Shown one piece after another: positions 1 through 12,371 of a stretch of 34,454 nucleotides of DNA; position 1 is the stretch's first letter; the number at the start of each line of letters is the position of its first letter. Below the pieces are notes generated by a model. It was not told where the DNA came from, made no database searches, and was given only the letters and a program-made list of their open reading frames with translations. The position numbers were made by a program, and so were the translations under genes. This DNA is from Octopus sinensis (Eukaryota). The DNA is taken from positions 1 to 34,454 of the forward strand of contig NW_021829902.1 in the NCBI RefSeq assembly GCF_006345805.1. Reading direction: 5' to 3'.

Positions 1-496
1 GATTCAACACAATGAACACAGTTAAAACAGTAATCACGCAGAACGAGAGATACACATACTAGACGTGACAACAGCACAAACGACACTGAGAATTACCAAG
101 AACAAACTGTCGTATTTGGTATTACACACAATACGTCAGCGCCATCTATTGCTAAATTAAATAATGAACTTGCTCATCATTTGTTTTATTGCTGTTGTTC
201 CTTTAACTTTGAATCAAGACCGCTTTCATTTTAACAAGTTTTATAATACGGCCTATATCTAGCCGAAAGTATAGTTATAATCTTACGCATGGACATAACT
301 CAAACTTTCTGACGTACTTGAACAATTCTGAGTACAGATTTGGAATCAGCATCCTCGATTTAGTCTAAAACACTTGCTTTTACCTCACTAGCAAAATCTT
401 TGTTGTCCAGTGTTTTCAAAGAGATATCCACATCAACAGGACAGCTGCCCGCTATGACGGTACATATTTTTTCTTACCCGGCTTATTATGCTTACT

Positions 497-507
497 ATGT
501 ACGTATG

Positions 508-541
<34 letters not shown>

Positions 542-630
542 TGTATGTATGTATGTATGTATGTATGTATGTATGTATGTATGCATGTATGCATGCATGC
601 ATGCATGCATGTATGTATGTACGTATGTAT
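497..630. repeat. (TATG)n/(CATG)n microsatellite
   Basis: Direct tandem tetranucleotide repeat; accounts for the MYVC-repeat ORFs at 400-720. Confidence 0.95.
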
Positions 631-1661
631 ATTTCTATGTATTTAAAAACAGATCCGATGGGCTTCTTCACAGTTTCTTTTACCGTTTTCTGCTCTCAAG
701 AGTTTGAAATGAACCTATAACCTCATGACAGCGAAATTAACTTTTCAAACCGTGTGGCCAAGTACAAAAGATGCTAGGAGGCGGGGGGGAGCTGTGTGAG
801 TGTATAATCTCCGTTGTATGTGTTTATATGTTTATGGTATGTTTACGGCTGTGCGCTTGTGGTGGATCATATGTATACAGCTATCTTTTTATATCTATGT
901 TCATGAATGTGCGTGTATGTTCCCGATGAAAGGAAATTAAACATAGGCATCAACTCCAAGACTATTTACGGAAGTTCTTCAAGCATTCAGTCATCCTGTT
1001 TCAGATCCGTTCGCTTTAATAAGTATTTATTGCCACCATGACCGGATGGAAACACAAGAATATAAGCAAACAGGTAGATGCGTGTGCTTATTTTTACTTA
1101 TGCATCGACATGTAAGATACCATTTACTTTAAGACGGGATACCCAATACAATATATTGAACCATAATTGCGACTAGACTACTGAAGAAACGTTTTAAGAT
1201 AAAGATAATCATTTAGTAGTTCAGGTCACTGAAATAGGTCACTACACCATTTTTGGTTGATTGCCATCTAGGAAAATCCATTCCTCCCTTTGCGGGTTGT
1301 TTGAAACTGTATTAGTTTCAATTCAAAAATAGTTAAAATTAGATATCTTATTCATCTAAACTGTACCACGATCAATTCTGGATACAAAACAGAGATTCAT
1401 ATTCGCATAATTATGCATACACACACGCACACACACATTCTCACAAATTCATAAGCACACACACATCCACACAAACACATATACATACATATATTCATAC
1501 AAGAGATTTATGAGTACATATCCATTTACATATATACACGTACAAATGTGTGTGTGTGTGTGTTTGTTTGTGTGTGTGCGTACGTGTGTGTGTGTGTGTG
1601 TGTGTCTTATTCATAGAAGCGATTCATGAATCCATACCCATTTACATATATACACGCACAA

Positions 1662-1703
<42 letters not shown>

Positions 1704-1704
1704 A

Positions 1705-2095
1705 GCATAATTGTAGAGAAGTCCGCTTCGCAAGCATGTGGTTTTGGGTTCAGTTCCACCGTGCAAATGTCTTGAGCAAATGTTTTCTACTTTGTATTCA
1801 CATTACCCAATATTTGTGAGTGAAAATGTATGCAATCCCATGGTATATACACGTATATGTGCGTGCCTCTAAATTTGTATGTGATTTGTGGTGTGTGTGT
1901 GTATGTGTGACATACGTGCACGTGTGTGTGTTTGTCCACAAACTGCTTCACAACCAGTTTGGTCAAGCAGATTGTTAAAGAATGTAGCAAATTCCGAAGA
2001 ATAAGTACTCTGATCGATTTGCACGACTAAACTCATCAAAGTGGCCCTCCTGAATGGCCGCATCCAATGATTGACAGAAATAAAAGAATAAAGGC
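1705..2095 (+). mobile_element. Diverged tRNA-derived composite SINE (head + internal microsatellite + tail)
   Basis: Head with B-box-like GGGTTCAGTTCC, internal (TG)n, and tail GAATAAGTAC...GATCGATTTGCACGACTAAA...ATGGCCGCA...AAATAAAAGAATAAA; similar to copies at 17008, 20645 and 32508. Confidence 0.6.
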
Positions 2096-2470
2096 TAAAA
2101 TCACACGTTCTTGGTTCTGATAACGGCTTAGGCGTTCAGGCAAATATACTGGCAATGAAATTTTTTTTTATCTCGGTGAAGCTAGCTCAGGAGAACTAAT
2201 CAAATTGACATTAACAAGCGTATTTTGGAGAGTTCGAAACATAGGTCCTAGATTCTCCACATCTGAGTTGTACATCTATCTAATATTCTTCCTTCAGGTA
2301 AGATGAAATTTTTTATGTTCGCCATCCGCAAACATCTATGCCAGTATATATATATACAATGAAGCTTTGTTATAGCCTCGTATATTATCGACTGCGATTT
2401 CCAGTAAATATTGGTGCACTGTTGTACCACTATTCTATATACACACACACACACACAACACACACACACA

Positions 2471-2518
<48 letters not shown>

Positions 2519-2895
2519 TGTATGAATGTCTGTGAAAATTACTTAATACAGTTTTTAAGTATAAAGGGGACGTATTAGAAAAATTATTTTTTAAGAAAGG
2601 TTAAAATCTTTTAACAGAATGTTATTAACCTTTTTGGAAGAATCTTTTTTGCTAGTGTGTCTGAGCGCTTTCGATTGTCTTCTCAAACACATGTGCTCTT
2701 GGATAATATATGAAAGAGGAAGTTGTCATTTTTGCAGTATTGGTAGTATTAATTATTTCCGGATTATTTTCGGACTTATTCAGACTAATTCGGGTTTTCG
2801 GACTTATTCGGGTTAATTCAGGTTTTCATGAATTATTCTTCTTTTGTCTTTCGTAGATAACCATAAATATTCTTTTATCATTGTTTGTTATGTGG

Positions 2896-2935
2896 AGAAT
2901 TGGCTACATTCGGAATAATTCGTCTTCAGAATTCT
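2896..2935 (-). ncRNA. Decayed minimal type I hammerhead-like relic
   Basis: Minus strand AGAATT-CTGAAGA-CGAATTATTCC-GAA-TGTAGCC-AATTCT. The 6-bp stem I and CUGAAGA are intact; position 10.1, stem III and the cleavage triplet are mutated. Confidence 0.3.
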
Positions 2936-2974
2936 TATAAAGTATTCTTCTTCTGCCTGTCGTAGTTGAACATT

Positions 2975-3118
2975 TTCTTCTTCTTCTTCTTCTTCTTCTT
3001 CTTCTTCTTCTTCTTCTTCTTCTTCTTCTTCTTCTTCTTCTTCTTCTTCTTCTTCTTCTTCTTCTTCTTCTTCTTCTTCTTCTTCTTCTTCTTCTTCTTC
3101 TTCTTCTTCTTCTTCTTC
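2975..3118. repeat. (TTC)48 pure trinucleotide microsatellite
   Basis: Uninterrupted 144-bp run; source of the poly-Arg ORF 2904-3134. Confidence 0.97.
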
Positions 3119-3376
3119 CCTGCCTAGAATTCACAACGACCCCGAACCCACAAGAATAAACAAGAGAGACCGAGAAGGCAGAAACAAGGAAAATGCCCCT
3201 TGTATATGAATACTATACAAATATTCTTTTTAAAAACTTTTCTTTTAATTTTTCCAAAATTTAATTGTTTTCCATACTTACAGTTGAAAAAGTCTCAATG
3301 AGTGAAACCGGTACTGAAATGTTTTTTTTATAAAATTATTTAGCATTTTCTAGCTTGAATTTTTTTCATATATATA

Positions 3377-3422
<46 letters not shown>

Positions 3423-3471
3423 ATGTATTTATATATGTATATAGATATATATAATATATAGATATATATAT

Positions 3472-3504
<33 letters not shown>

Positions 3505-3550
3505 GATATATATGTGTTGTGTGTGTGTGTGGGTGTTGTAAACGATAAAC

Positions 3551-3853
3551 GTCGTCCTTTCAAGCCTAGCCCAGGCTCATGGGCCCGGTTTCCCGGTTTC
3601 TGTGGCGTAAGTGTTCCCCCCAGCTGCACGGGACGTTAGTCCACGCAGCGTTACTCAAGAAACAGCAGAGAGAGTGAGAGAAAGCTGTGGCGAAAGAGTG
3701 CAACAAGGGTCGTCACCACCACCTGCCGAAGCCTCGTGGAGCTTTTAGGCGTTTTCGTTCAATAAACACCCACACCTCTCGGTCTGGAAATCGAAACCGC
3801 GATCCTCCGACCGCGAGTCTACTGTCCTGACCACTAGGTCATTGCGCCTCCAC
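3551..3853 (-). mobile_element. tRNA-derived SINE, near full length
   Basis: Minus strand begins GTGGAGGCGCAATGACCTAGTGGTCAGG (A-box) and has GGTTTCGATTTCC (B-box), followed by a GC-richer body and the tail CCGGGAAACCGGGCCCATGAGCCTGGGCTAGGC. Confidence 0.8.
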
Positions 3854-4615
3854 ACTAGCTTAAAAGCCGCTCTACGTGCGGACTTTTAGGCTAGCTCCGT
3901 GGAGAACGATGATACTAAAGCAGCATTTATTGACACCCTACCAATATAGTATTACTTTAAATTCAGTTCAAATGAAAAACTTGTAACTTCACTAAATTTT
4001 GGATTCTTTTGAAATTTGAATAGTTCCCTATAAGTGATTTCTAACATTCTATAACATTCGACCATTAACTGTCTTTTTTCATTTCACTTCCACTAAATAC
4101 ATCTACTTCCAAGCCTTTTCGCTTTATTCCTATTCACCTATTGCTCTATATCTCTCCACTATTAGTTATCTGCTCCTTTCTTTCTTTCTCCTCTTTCTAT
4201 TTCTATTAACTGCCTTTGACGTTATATCTATTAACGGTTTGAAAAAAATTGCTAGCGTTCCCTTCATCATATACGAAGTCATCACATTCTGTTACAAATG
4301 TCTGGCTGATGTGTTTGGTTTCTTTCGTTCCCTGATGAGAAAATTGCATTGTTTTACATCATTTTATTCCTTCTGGTATAATACTAATGTTTTCTTCGAA
4401 ATATATGTCAGAAGTAAACACATTTGAATAACACTTGCATTTAACTCCATTTATTTATTTATCTATGTTTTTCAAAAGCATCTCACCAAAACTTGGAATT
4501 TCTACATTTATAAGTAGGCTGTTATATCCTTGGTACTTGTGTAAATTTTTGTACCCTGGCAACTATTTATTTATTTATTCCCTGCTATTTGTAAACATTG
4601 AAATAATACACATGT

Positions 4616-4660
<45 letters not shown>

Positions 4661-4676
4661 TATATATATATATATA

Positions 4677-4711
<35 letters not shown>

Positions 4712-5469
4712 TGTATGTATATATATATATATATATATTTATATATAATATAATATATACTATAAAGAATATATATATATATGCCTATATACATACGTAT
4801 ATGTACATGCATGTATTCGTGTATATATATCTATATATATATATATATATATATAATATTATATATATATATATATAGTATATATATATATATATATTGC
4901 ATATGTAGGCACAGGACATCAGGAAACGTGAACAACAAAAAGGTAAGAAGCACGGATACATACATAGATACACACACACATATATATATATTGTATGTAT
5001 CATGCATATATACATATATATGAACGCATATATATTATGCAAGCAGATATATGTATGCATATATATATATCACAAGTGTGTGCTTGGGTATTAATTTCTA
5101 TTTAGACAGAGATTGGAAAAATATCTTTTAAGCATTGTTTGCGCATCTATCGAAGAATTTACTATTAAGTCGATAAGAAAATCTATATTATAGCGAAAGA
5201 TTTATTGATTATTCCTTCTCTTCCAAGACGCCGTTTTCGAACTAATACACAGATTGTGTTAAGAAAGCGTGACATCAGAAAATCGGTTAATAGTCGAATT
5301 GGTATAAATTGTAGAACATACATCTCCGATACCATTGCAGTTGTGATTTCTTTTATTCGACATGTTTGTTAGTAACTATTTCTCTTCGCGTGACATAGTT
5401 TTCTTCAATGGATTTCATTGTAGTATTCTTTAAGAATCTTTATATATTTCATGATATATATATATATAT

Positions 5470-5550
5470 CAGGCTTGATGTATGGTAAGAAGCTTTCTTC
5501 CCGATCAAATGCTTCCTGCTTCAATGTCACTGCGTGGCTTCATGGGCAGG
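5470..5550 (+). mobile_element. SINE tRNA-head fragment
   Basis: Decayed match to the head of the composite SINE (TGGTAAGAAGCTTTCTTCCC...CACTGCGTGGC...GGGCAGGTATCTTC). Confidence 0.5.
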
Positions 5551-5660
5551 TATCTTCAAAAAAACAAAAATAGAATTGTTTGTTGACATATGTTGTTGTG
5601 TACATACGCGCATACAAACACATAGAAAAACGCATACACAAAAATACACATACACACGCA

Positions 5661-5697
<37 letters not shown>

Positions 5698-5720
5698 CCA
5701 TTCTTGTTGCTTCTTTCTCG

Positions 5721-5764
<44 letters not shown>

Positions 5765-5942
5765 CCGGCATTTCGAACGAAATTCTTAGAGGCGTTTCGT
5801 TCGTCTTTATGTTACGAATTAAATTCACCCAGGGTCAACATTGCGTTTCATCGTTTACGAGTCCATAAAATACTTACCAGCTGAACATATTGATTTAGCC
5901 CCTCCTCTAAACCTACTAGCCTTACGCCAAAATTTGAAGCCA
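5765..5942 (+). mobile_element. Diverged SINE, same family as 10641 and 10981
   Basis: Shared blocks AAATTC.CC.AGG.TCAAC.TTGC.TTTCAT and CCAAAATTTGAA.CC. Confidence 0.55.
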
Positions 5943-6448
5943 GTATACAATCCACGATCATCAGGTTAGATTTCAAACAGGAAAGACTTTACTCAGGTCA
6001 GTTTTAAATATCACCTTGGACATAGCCAACTTTAGCTGGATTAGTGATGCATCTAAGTTTTACAGCCAAATAATATACAAAATATACAATTCAAATTCAC
6101 TTATCTAAATTAGCTTATGGTTTAACAATGACACCGAATAATCTAAGAAATCAATTGACATAGGTTTGCCAGAAACTGAAATTAAAAAGTCATTAAAACC
6201 TTAGCAGGCTTATGCTCAGTTAAAGGTGACATGTCAAGGAGTTCACCGAACACCAACATCAAACAGTCATCAACTTTCACCCCTTCTTATCCATAAATAG
6301 TACAATAGATACACATACATGCATATACATACACACACAAACAAACACGCATATAGACATGGATAAACGCATATCACACTATATAAAAACTTTAAATATA
6401 TACATATAAATATACCACTCAAATACATATATATGTGTATGTATGTAT

Positions 6449-6479
<31 letters not shown>

Positions 6480-8019
6480 ATATACGTGTACATGGCACAC
6501 ACACGCGCACAGGTGTGTATATATATGTGTATATATATATATATATATGTGTGTATGTATATATATATACACGCACGCACACATACACATACCTATGTAG
6601 ATACAGACTTAGATATAGGGATATAAATACAAGGAGAATAAATGTAAACAAATATATAACTGAATATATGAAAATAAAATCAGTAAAGCACTGCAGGAAA
6701 TGGGAGTTCATACGCTGGGCAATCAAATATTTTACAAGTGTTTTGAACACAAAAGTTACATATCATTACAATATAAAGACATGACAAAGGAGGGATAAAC
6801 GATATAATGTTACATTATAATTGTTGGGCAGAGAAAGGCAAGTGGCAGGAGGAGGTGACTTAACAACAAGCATGTATAGATATCCAAGATAATGTGAAAG
6901 CATAAATTACTCCTAGTATTGAATAACATTCAAACGAAACAAATTTACTTAAATAAATTAAAAAGTATTGGTTTAAATAAATACTTATAGATAAAGGATT
7001 AAGTAGCGAATATGCAAAGCAATTTATTTAAAGGATTTAATGTATAAAAATGTTTCTAATATAGTGCGTACATTTTACTCAAAGTTCACTAGACTATACC
7101 TAAACGTTTTCATATTTCCGATAATTCAGTGCAGCAAAGTCTAAACCCATACACATCATTTAAATAAAGTAAGGTGTGCTTGATTATGCTCCAGGTAGTT
7201 TGTAACTCGACATTAATATCTTTCAATTCCCAGTTTTTTTTTTCAGCGGGTGACTTAATTTTGCCTTTATCACATCTCCTAAAAGTATGAAAATGATTAT
7301 ATAATCTGCGCTTAAATAATCATCCGGTTACACCAATATAGGTAAATGTAGCTCGATTAGTTCGCACATCACATCTACAGAGAATATTTTTAGTGAGGCA
7401 TTAATTATTAAGAGGACATAGAAATTTATTTTTAAAAGTACACAACATAGGAGACGTATGAACATAAATGTTACAGGAGTTAACAGTAAGGATATGAATC
7501 TGCTTGTATGCAGTTCGAGGAGGGTAATGATTATCGTTAAAGCTATAAGATTCACTCACATTATCCAGAATTAAACAAGGGTCAACGGTGTCGTTAATAT
7601 ATCTGAAAGAACTACTAATGCTAGGGTAATTATCAATGCAATTACTTGACTCATTAATATTATTATTAATATTCTTGTTGCCAACAGTTTGCATATCTAC
7701 ATTATTTATGCCAATATAGACGTAATGGCCATTTATATTAAAATCTTAGCAGGTGACTGTGATATTGTTAATGACACTATGGCTACTGTCAACACAATTA
7801 CTGCCACTTTGACAACTGCCACTACTATCTATAAATGTGGATTAGTTGGAGGTTATAACAGTCGGTTGATCGCAGTGAGTTCTAAGCTATCGTACCTAGC
7901 CATTTCTGGCGTCATACGAGCTGATGTACCTTGGTTCACATGAATCCGCTCATCACAAAATCACATGACACAGACACACAGTAACTCACAAACACGCGCA
8001 CGCACACACACATGTACAC

Positions 8020-8052
<33 letters not shown>

Positions 8053-8303
8053 TGTGTATGTATGTATGTATGTATGTATGTATGTATGTATGAATGTGTG
8101 TGTGCGTGGTGAGTATTATATGTAAATATATATATATATAACATAAGGGGCATCAGCCATCTGAATGTGGCTAGGGACAGGGCAGGGTGGTGGGGGTGTT
8201 ACTGATGCATTTAGCCCCAGGCGATCATCGACGTCACCAGGAGGGCTGACACCATCTCGGTGTCCTCTAGCCTGCAAAGGGAGATCATTCCCCGAAGACG
8301 CGG

Positions 8304-8361
8304 ATGCTACATACGGACCAGGTTTCAAGGTATTTGCCTCTTATCAACGCATGGTAAGCAC
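8304..8361 (-). ncRNA. Type I hammerhead ribozyme, U3:A8 variant (mirror copy)
   Basis: Reverse complement of 8668-8725; predicted cleavage after the C at 8316. Confidence 0.75.
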
Positions 8362-8667
8362 CGTTCTCCGACGAATAACTCTCTGTACAGGCTATATATT
8401 TAAGGATTTTCACAGTAAACACATTTACTGATGTAGAAAAACCGTTCGAAAGCAATAATAAATCTCTAAACGAGATATAAACAGTAACTTCCTGTCCCTA
8501 GCCACATTCAGATGGCTGATGCCCCTTATGTTATAGAGCAGTTACTGTTTATATCTCGTTTAGAGATTTATTATTGCTTTCGAACGGTTTTTCTACATCA
8601 GTAAATGTGTTTACTGTGAAAATCCTTAAATATATAGCCTGTACAGAGAGTTATTCGTCGGAGAACG

Positions 8668-8725
8668 GTGCTTACCATGCGTTGATAAGAGGCAAATACC
8701 TTGAAACCTGGTCCGTATGTAGCAT
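8668..8725 (+). ncRNA. Type I hammerhead ribozyme, U3:A8 compensated core
   Basis: CATGCG[stem I]-TTGATAA-GAGG caaata CCTT-GAAA-CC t GG-TC|CGTATG[stem I']. Stem I extends through GTGCT/AGCAT across a bulge; GUC cleavage site after 8713. Confidence 0.75.
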
Positions 8726-8932
8726 CCGCGTCTTCGGGGAATGATCTCCCTTTGCAGGCTAGAGGACACCGAGATGGTGTCAGCCCTCCTGGTGACGTCG
8801 ATGATCGCCTGGGGCTAAATGCATCAGTAACACCCCCACCACCCTGCCCTGTCCCTAGCCACATTCAGATGGCTGATGCCCCTTATGGTATGAGCAGTTA
8901 CTGTTTATATCTCGTTTAGAGATTTATTATTG

Positions 8933-8965
<33 letters not shown>

Positions 8966-8981
8966 TTATATATATATATCT

Positions 8982-9032
<51 letters not shown>

Positions 9033-9648
9033 ATAAATTAATAAATAAAACATATGCATGCATACATATATGTACGTACCTACTCTACATGTATATATAC
9101 ATGCATATATGGGTTCAGGACACCAAAAAAACGTCGAACACAATGAGAAACGAAAACATAAACACAAAACCAAGGAAATGGACATTTCTTTTAAACAACG
9201 AAAAAATAGAGTACAGAACATACAAAACAAGGAAAATTCCCCTTCTTCAGTCGCCTTAGTTTCATCTACTCCACGTTTCGAAGGTCAAGGCGATACATGA
9301 CTCCAATAAAACTTTCCTTCCCGCGAAAATCAAATTAAATAAAATTTGAGATTTTTTGCGGAGGGGTTTAAAAATGGTAACAAAAACAGGACAGTAACGA
9401 CAGTAATACCACACACAACACACACACACATATATTATATATATATATATTATATATATAATATATATAGTAATGGTAAGACAACAAAAGAATGAGAGAC
9501 CTCGATATTATGTAAATAGAGAATTTATCTTGTATCGTCTTCTAAGTTCTTATGCGTCTTGTCTCAGTTGTATTTTTACATACCATAATATATATATTAT
9601 ATATATATATATTATATATATATATATATATTAGAGAGAGAGAGAGAG

Positions 9649-9688
<40 letters not shown>

Positions 9689-9719
9689 TAGATAAATAAA
9701 TGGATAGTTAGATAACAAA

Positions 9720-9948
9720 CCATCACCATCGTTTCCATATTTATCATCAGTATCAACATTACATCGTCATCATCGCTTTCACCAAATGTATCCCAACCAT
9801 GACCACACCAACCTCTATCTTCGTAAACATCCACTGCTATTTCCAATAATACAAACACCACCACCACCACAACCACCATCACCACCGTCACCATTCTCTT
9901 CTTCGCCAGCCTCCTCGTCATCAACATCATCATCACCACCATCATCAC

Positions 9949-9989
<41 letters not shown>

Positions 9990-10537
9990 CCACCACCATC
10001 ATCATCACCACCATCATCATCATCGTAGTCGTCGTCATCATCATCATTATCATCATTATCACTATATTCATCGCCATTACAATCTTGATTACACTAGTCA
10101 GCATCCAACTCATCACCTACAACTACTATCTTGGATTCAGAGCAATCATCAATCATCACATTCATTACTCCAATTACCAAAAACTACCAACAACAACAAT
10201 GACACCTTCCAATACCGCCAAGATTACCAACAACAACAGCAACAGCAACAGCAACAACAACACACCGACACAGACACCTTCATCTTGACAATATTCCCGC
10301 CTCTATCCTCTTCACCATCAACCACCATCGTCTTTTCGTCAACATCATCACCGACATCGCTACCGCCACCGCACCACTAATATTACCGCAACTCCCTTCA
10401 TTAAGGCTGTCAGGGCCCTCCCCCACCTCTCCATCCTCATCTTCCAGCCCACTGCTACCCACTCATCCTCGCTGTTGGCGCCACTAATACCATATATATT
10501 CAGCAGCATCATTATCAATATTATTTTCGTCTCCTTT

Positions 10538-10581
<44 letters not shown>

Positions 10582-10600
10582 TCCCTGTATCTTATCCACT
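9720..10600. repeat. Compound (ATC)n/(ACC)n/(AAC)n low-complexity region
   Basis: Trinucleotide runs; explains the poly-Met, poly-Ser/Pro and poly-Ile ORFs. Confidence 0.9.
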
Positions 10601-10640
10601 GCACTCACTAAGATGTTACTATTACTCTACTCTTGTCCTA

Positions 10641-10860
10641 AGGTGGGCGAGCAGGCAAAGTCGTTAACACGCCAGGCAAAATACTCAGCGGCGGCATTTC
10701 GTCGCTTTACGTTCTGAGTTCAAATTCCACCGAGGTTGACTTTACATTTCATTCTTTCTGGGTCAATAAAATAAGAACCAGTTGAGCATTGGGGGTCTAT
10801 GTAATTAACTAGACCCACTTCTCTCAAAGACTGATGGCCTTGTGCCAAAATTTGATACCA
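10641..10860 (+). mobile_element. tRNA-derived SINE (GGCGGCGAGCTGGCAGAA family)
   Basis: A-box-like GGGCGAGCAGGCAAAGTCGTTAACACG, B-box-like GAGTTCAAATTCC and tail GCCAAAATTTGATACC; homologous to 10981, 17921 and 21444. Confidence 0.85.
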
Positions 10861-10980
10861 TTATCTCTTTCATTAACACCAGTATCATCATCATCATCAT
10901 CACCATCATCATCATCATCTTCATTTACTACACCATATCCGCTGCGCTCACTAGGCTATTACCAATGTTACCTTTATCTT

Positions 10981-11194
10981 TTGGCGGCGAGCAGGCAGAA
11001 TCGTTTGAACACCGGGAAAAATGCTTAGCGGCATCTCGTCCGTGTTCACGTTCTGAGTTCAAATTCCACCGAAGTCAACTTTGCTTTTCATTCTTTTCAA
11101 CTTCGATAAAATAAGTACCAGTCAAGTACTGGGGTCGATGTAATCAACTTCCCCTCTCCGTAAACCTGATAGACTTGTGCCTAAATTTGAAACC
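10981..11194 (+). mobile_element. tRNA-derived SINE, same family
   Basis: GGCGGCGAGCAGGCAGAATCGTT...GAGTTCAAATTCC...AGTACCAG...CTGGGGTCGATGTAATC...CCTAAATTTGAAACC. Confidence 0.85.
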
Positions 11195-11675
11195 CTTATT
11201 GCCTCTTTCATTATCACAAACATCATCGCCATCATTTTCATCACCATTTTATCCAATGCGCTCATTATACTACCAATATTACCCTTGTACTAAGGCGTCT
11301 ACAAAGTTTTCCTTGCCTACATGAAATCTTTCTGCCTTTCAATATACTCGTCTTTCTTTCTAGATATTTGTATATAAAAGGTTTGCCGTAATTTACTGAT
11401 TTAATACTTAACGTACCTTCGGATGAAACAAAATCCATTTGGTCGAACTAGAGTTTTTTTAATATATTGACACCCAGTTTCACACATGGTGTCTTTCTAT
11501 TAAATCTGAGTGTTCAGACTCTCTCTTAATGAAATGGTAACCACTGGCTTTTATCTGTCTATTTATCATCTATCTATCATCTGCATATCTATCTATCTCT
11601 TGTTGTTTATCTAACTATCTCTTTCTCTCCCTCCCATTCAGACACACATACACACACACGTACTCTCCCTTCTGC

Positions 11676-11710
<35 letters not shown>

Positions 11711-11726
11711 ATATATATATATTTAT

Positions 11727-12302
11727 GTCTTCATCGTTCTCGACACACTCAAGATCTTGTGCAACGGAAACCCAAGTTTCTTTTTAGTTAGCTGAATGCA
11801 GTTTTGTCACAAACTTGGCAGACACACGTCTCATTCCCAAATCTTCAGTGATAATGGACTGAACTGAACCGTAACTAATCTGCACATCATCTGATAACTC
11901 ACGGATGCTGATTCAACGAATTCCCCTCACAATTGCAATGTTTTTCTCAGTTCTGCTGGTTGCGGGTCTCCCAGAACGCACGTCACTATCGACATTTTTT
12001 CGGCTATCTTGGAAACGTCTGAAATATTTGTACACTTGTTTATGGCTCATACACTACTCTCCATACACTTTCTGCAATTTTGCGTAGGCCCATGACAACT
12101 TTCTCTCTCGTGATTAATGCGACGAACACATGCTACACAAGTTCCTTCCAAGCACTGCTGTAAACAGCAGAAGTAAGCTAGAAGATTAAAACTTAGTGCG
12201 CGTGCACAGCAGAGTTGAAGGTCAATCTGCGTGAAGCGGCTTCTTTCTGCATGCTTTAGCCTCCTCTATAGCAACAGTTCTAATACTTACTGATCAGACC
12301 AC

Positions 12303-12303
<1 letters not shown>
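11727..12303 (-). mobile_element. Mariner 5' half (TIR + N-terminal HTH region), truncated
   Basis: TIR ...TACTTACTGATCAGACCACG|TA at 12303; reverse-complement homology to 15189-15780. Confidence 0.85.

Positions 12304-12371
<68 letters not shown>

Larger units (their letters stand above)
8137..8934. mobile_element. HHR-bearing ~356-bp monomer: inverted copy plus head-to-tail 1.25-mer (retrozyme-like or Penelope pLTR-like)
   Basis: 8142-8489 is the reverse complement of 8540-8887. 8491-8535 repeats the monomer end and 8896-8934 repeats the monomer start. Flanked by (TA)n on both sides. Confidence 0.85.

Noticed and set aside
4215-4275. Minus-strand ATGATGA-AGGGAA...TTTTTTC-AAAC-CG-TTA resembling an HHR
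   Set aside because: The 3-8 pair is mismatched (A:G), G12 is missing and stem I is only 3 bp; not distinguishable from chance.
7328-7943. ORFs 7328-7555, 7401-7694 and 7689-7943 as a possible host exon
   Set aside because: No recognisable domain. The 97-aa frame has an in-frame stop at 7746-7748 upstream and a low-complexity Asn/Ile/Ser composition expected from AT-rich DNA.
8423-8475. Second HHR-like motif CTGATGTA-GAA..TTC-GAAAGC on the opposite strand of the monomer
   Set aside because: The core has U at position 9 or an extra base, and no NUH is in register with the stem I candidate.
8165-8864. Identical 88-aa ORFs (and the 70/72-aa antisense ORFs) in the inverted repeat
   Set aside because: Their identity is a consequence of the duplication; no motif or homology was recognised.
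9225-9295. Minus-strand CGAAAC...CTGAAGA as a type II HHR
   Set aside because: Stems I and III do not pair in register, and GAAA does not follow the stem after CUGAAGA.
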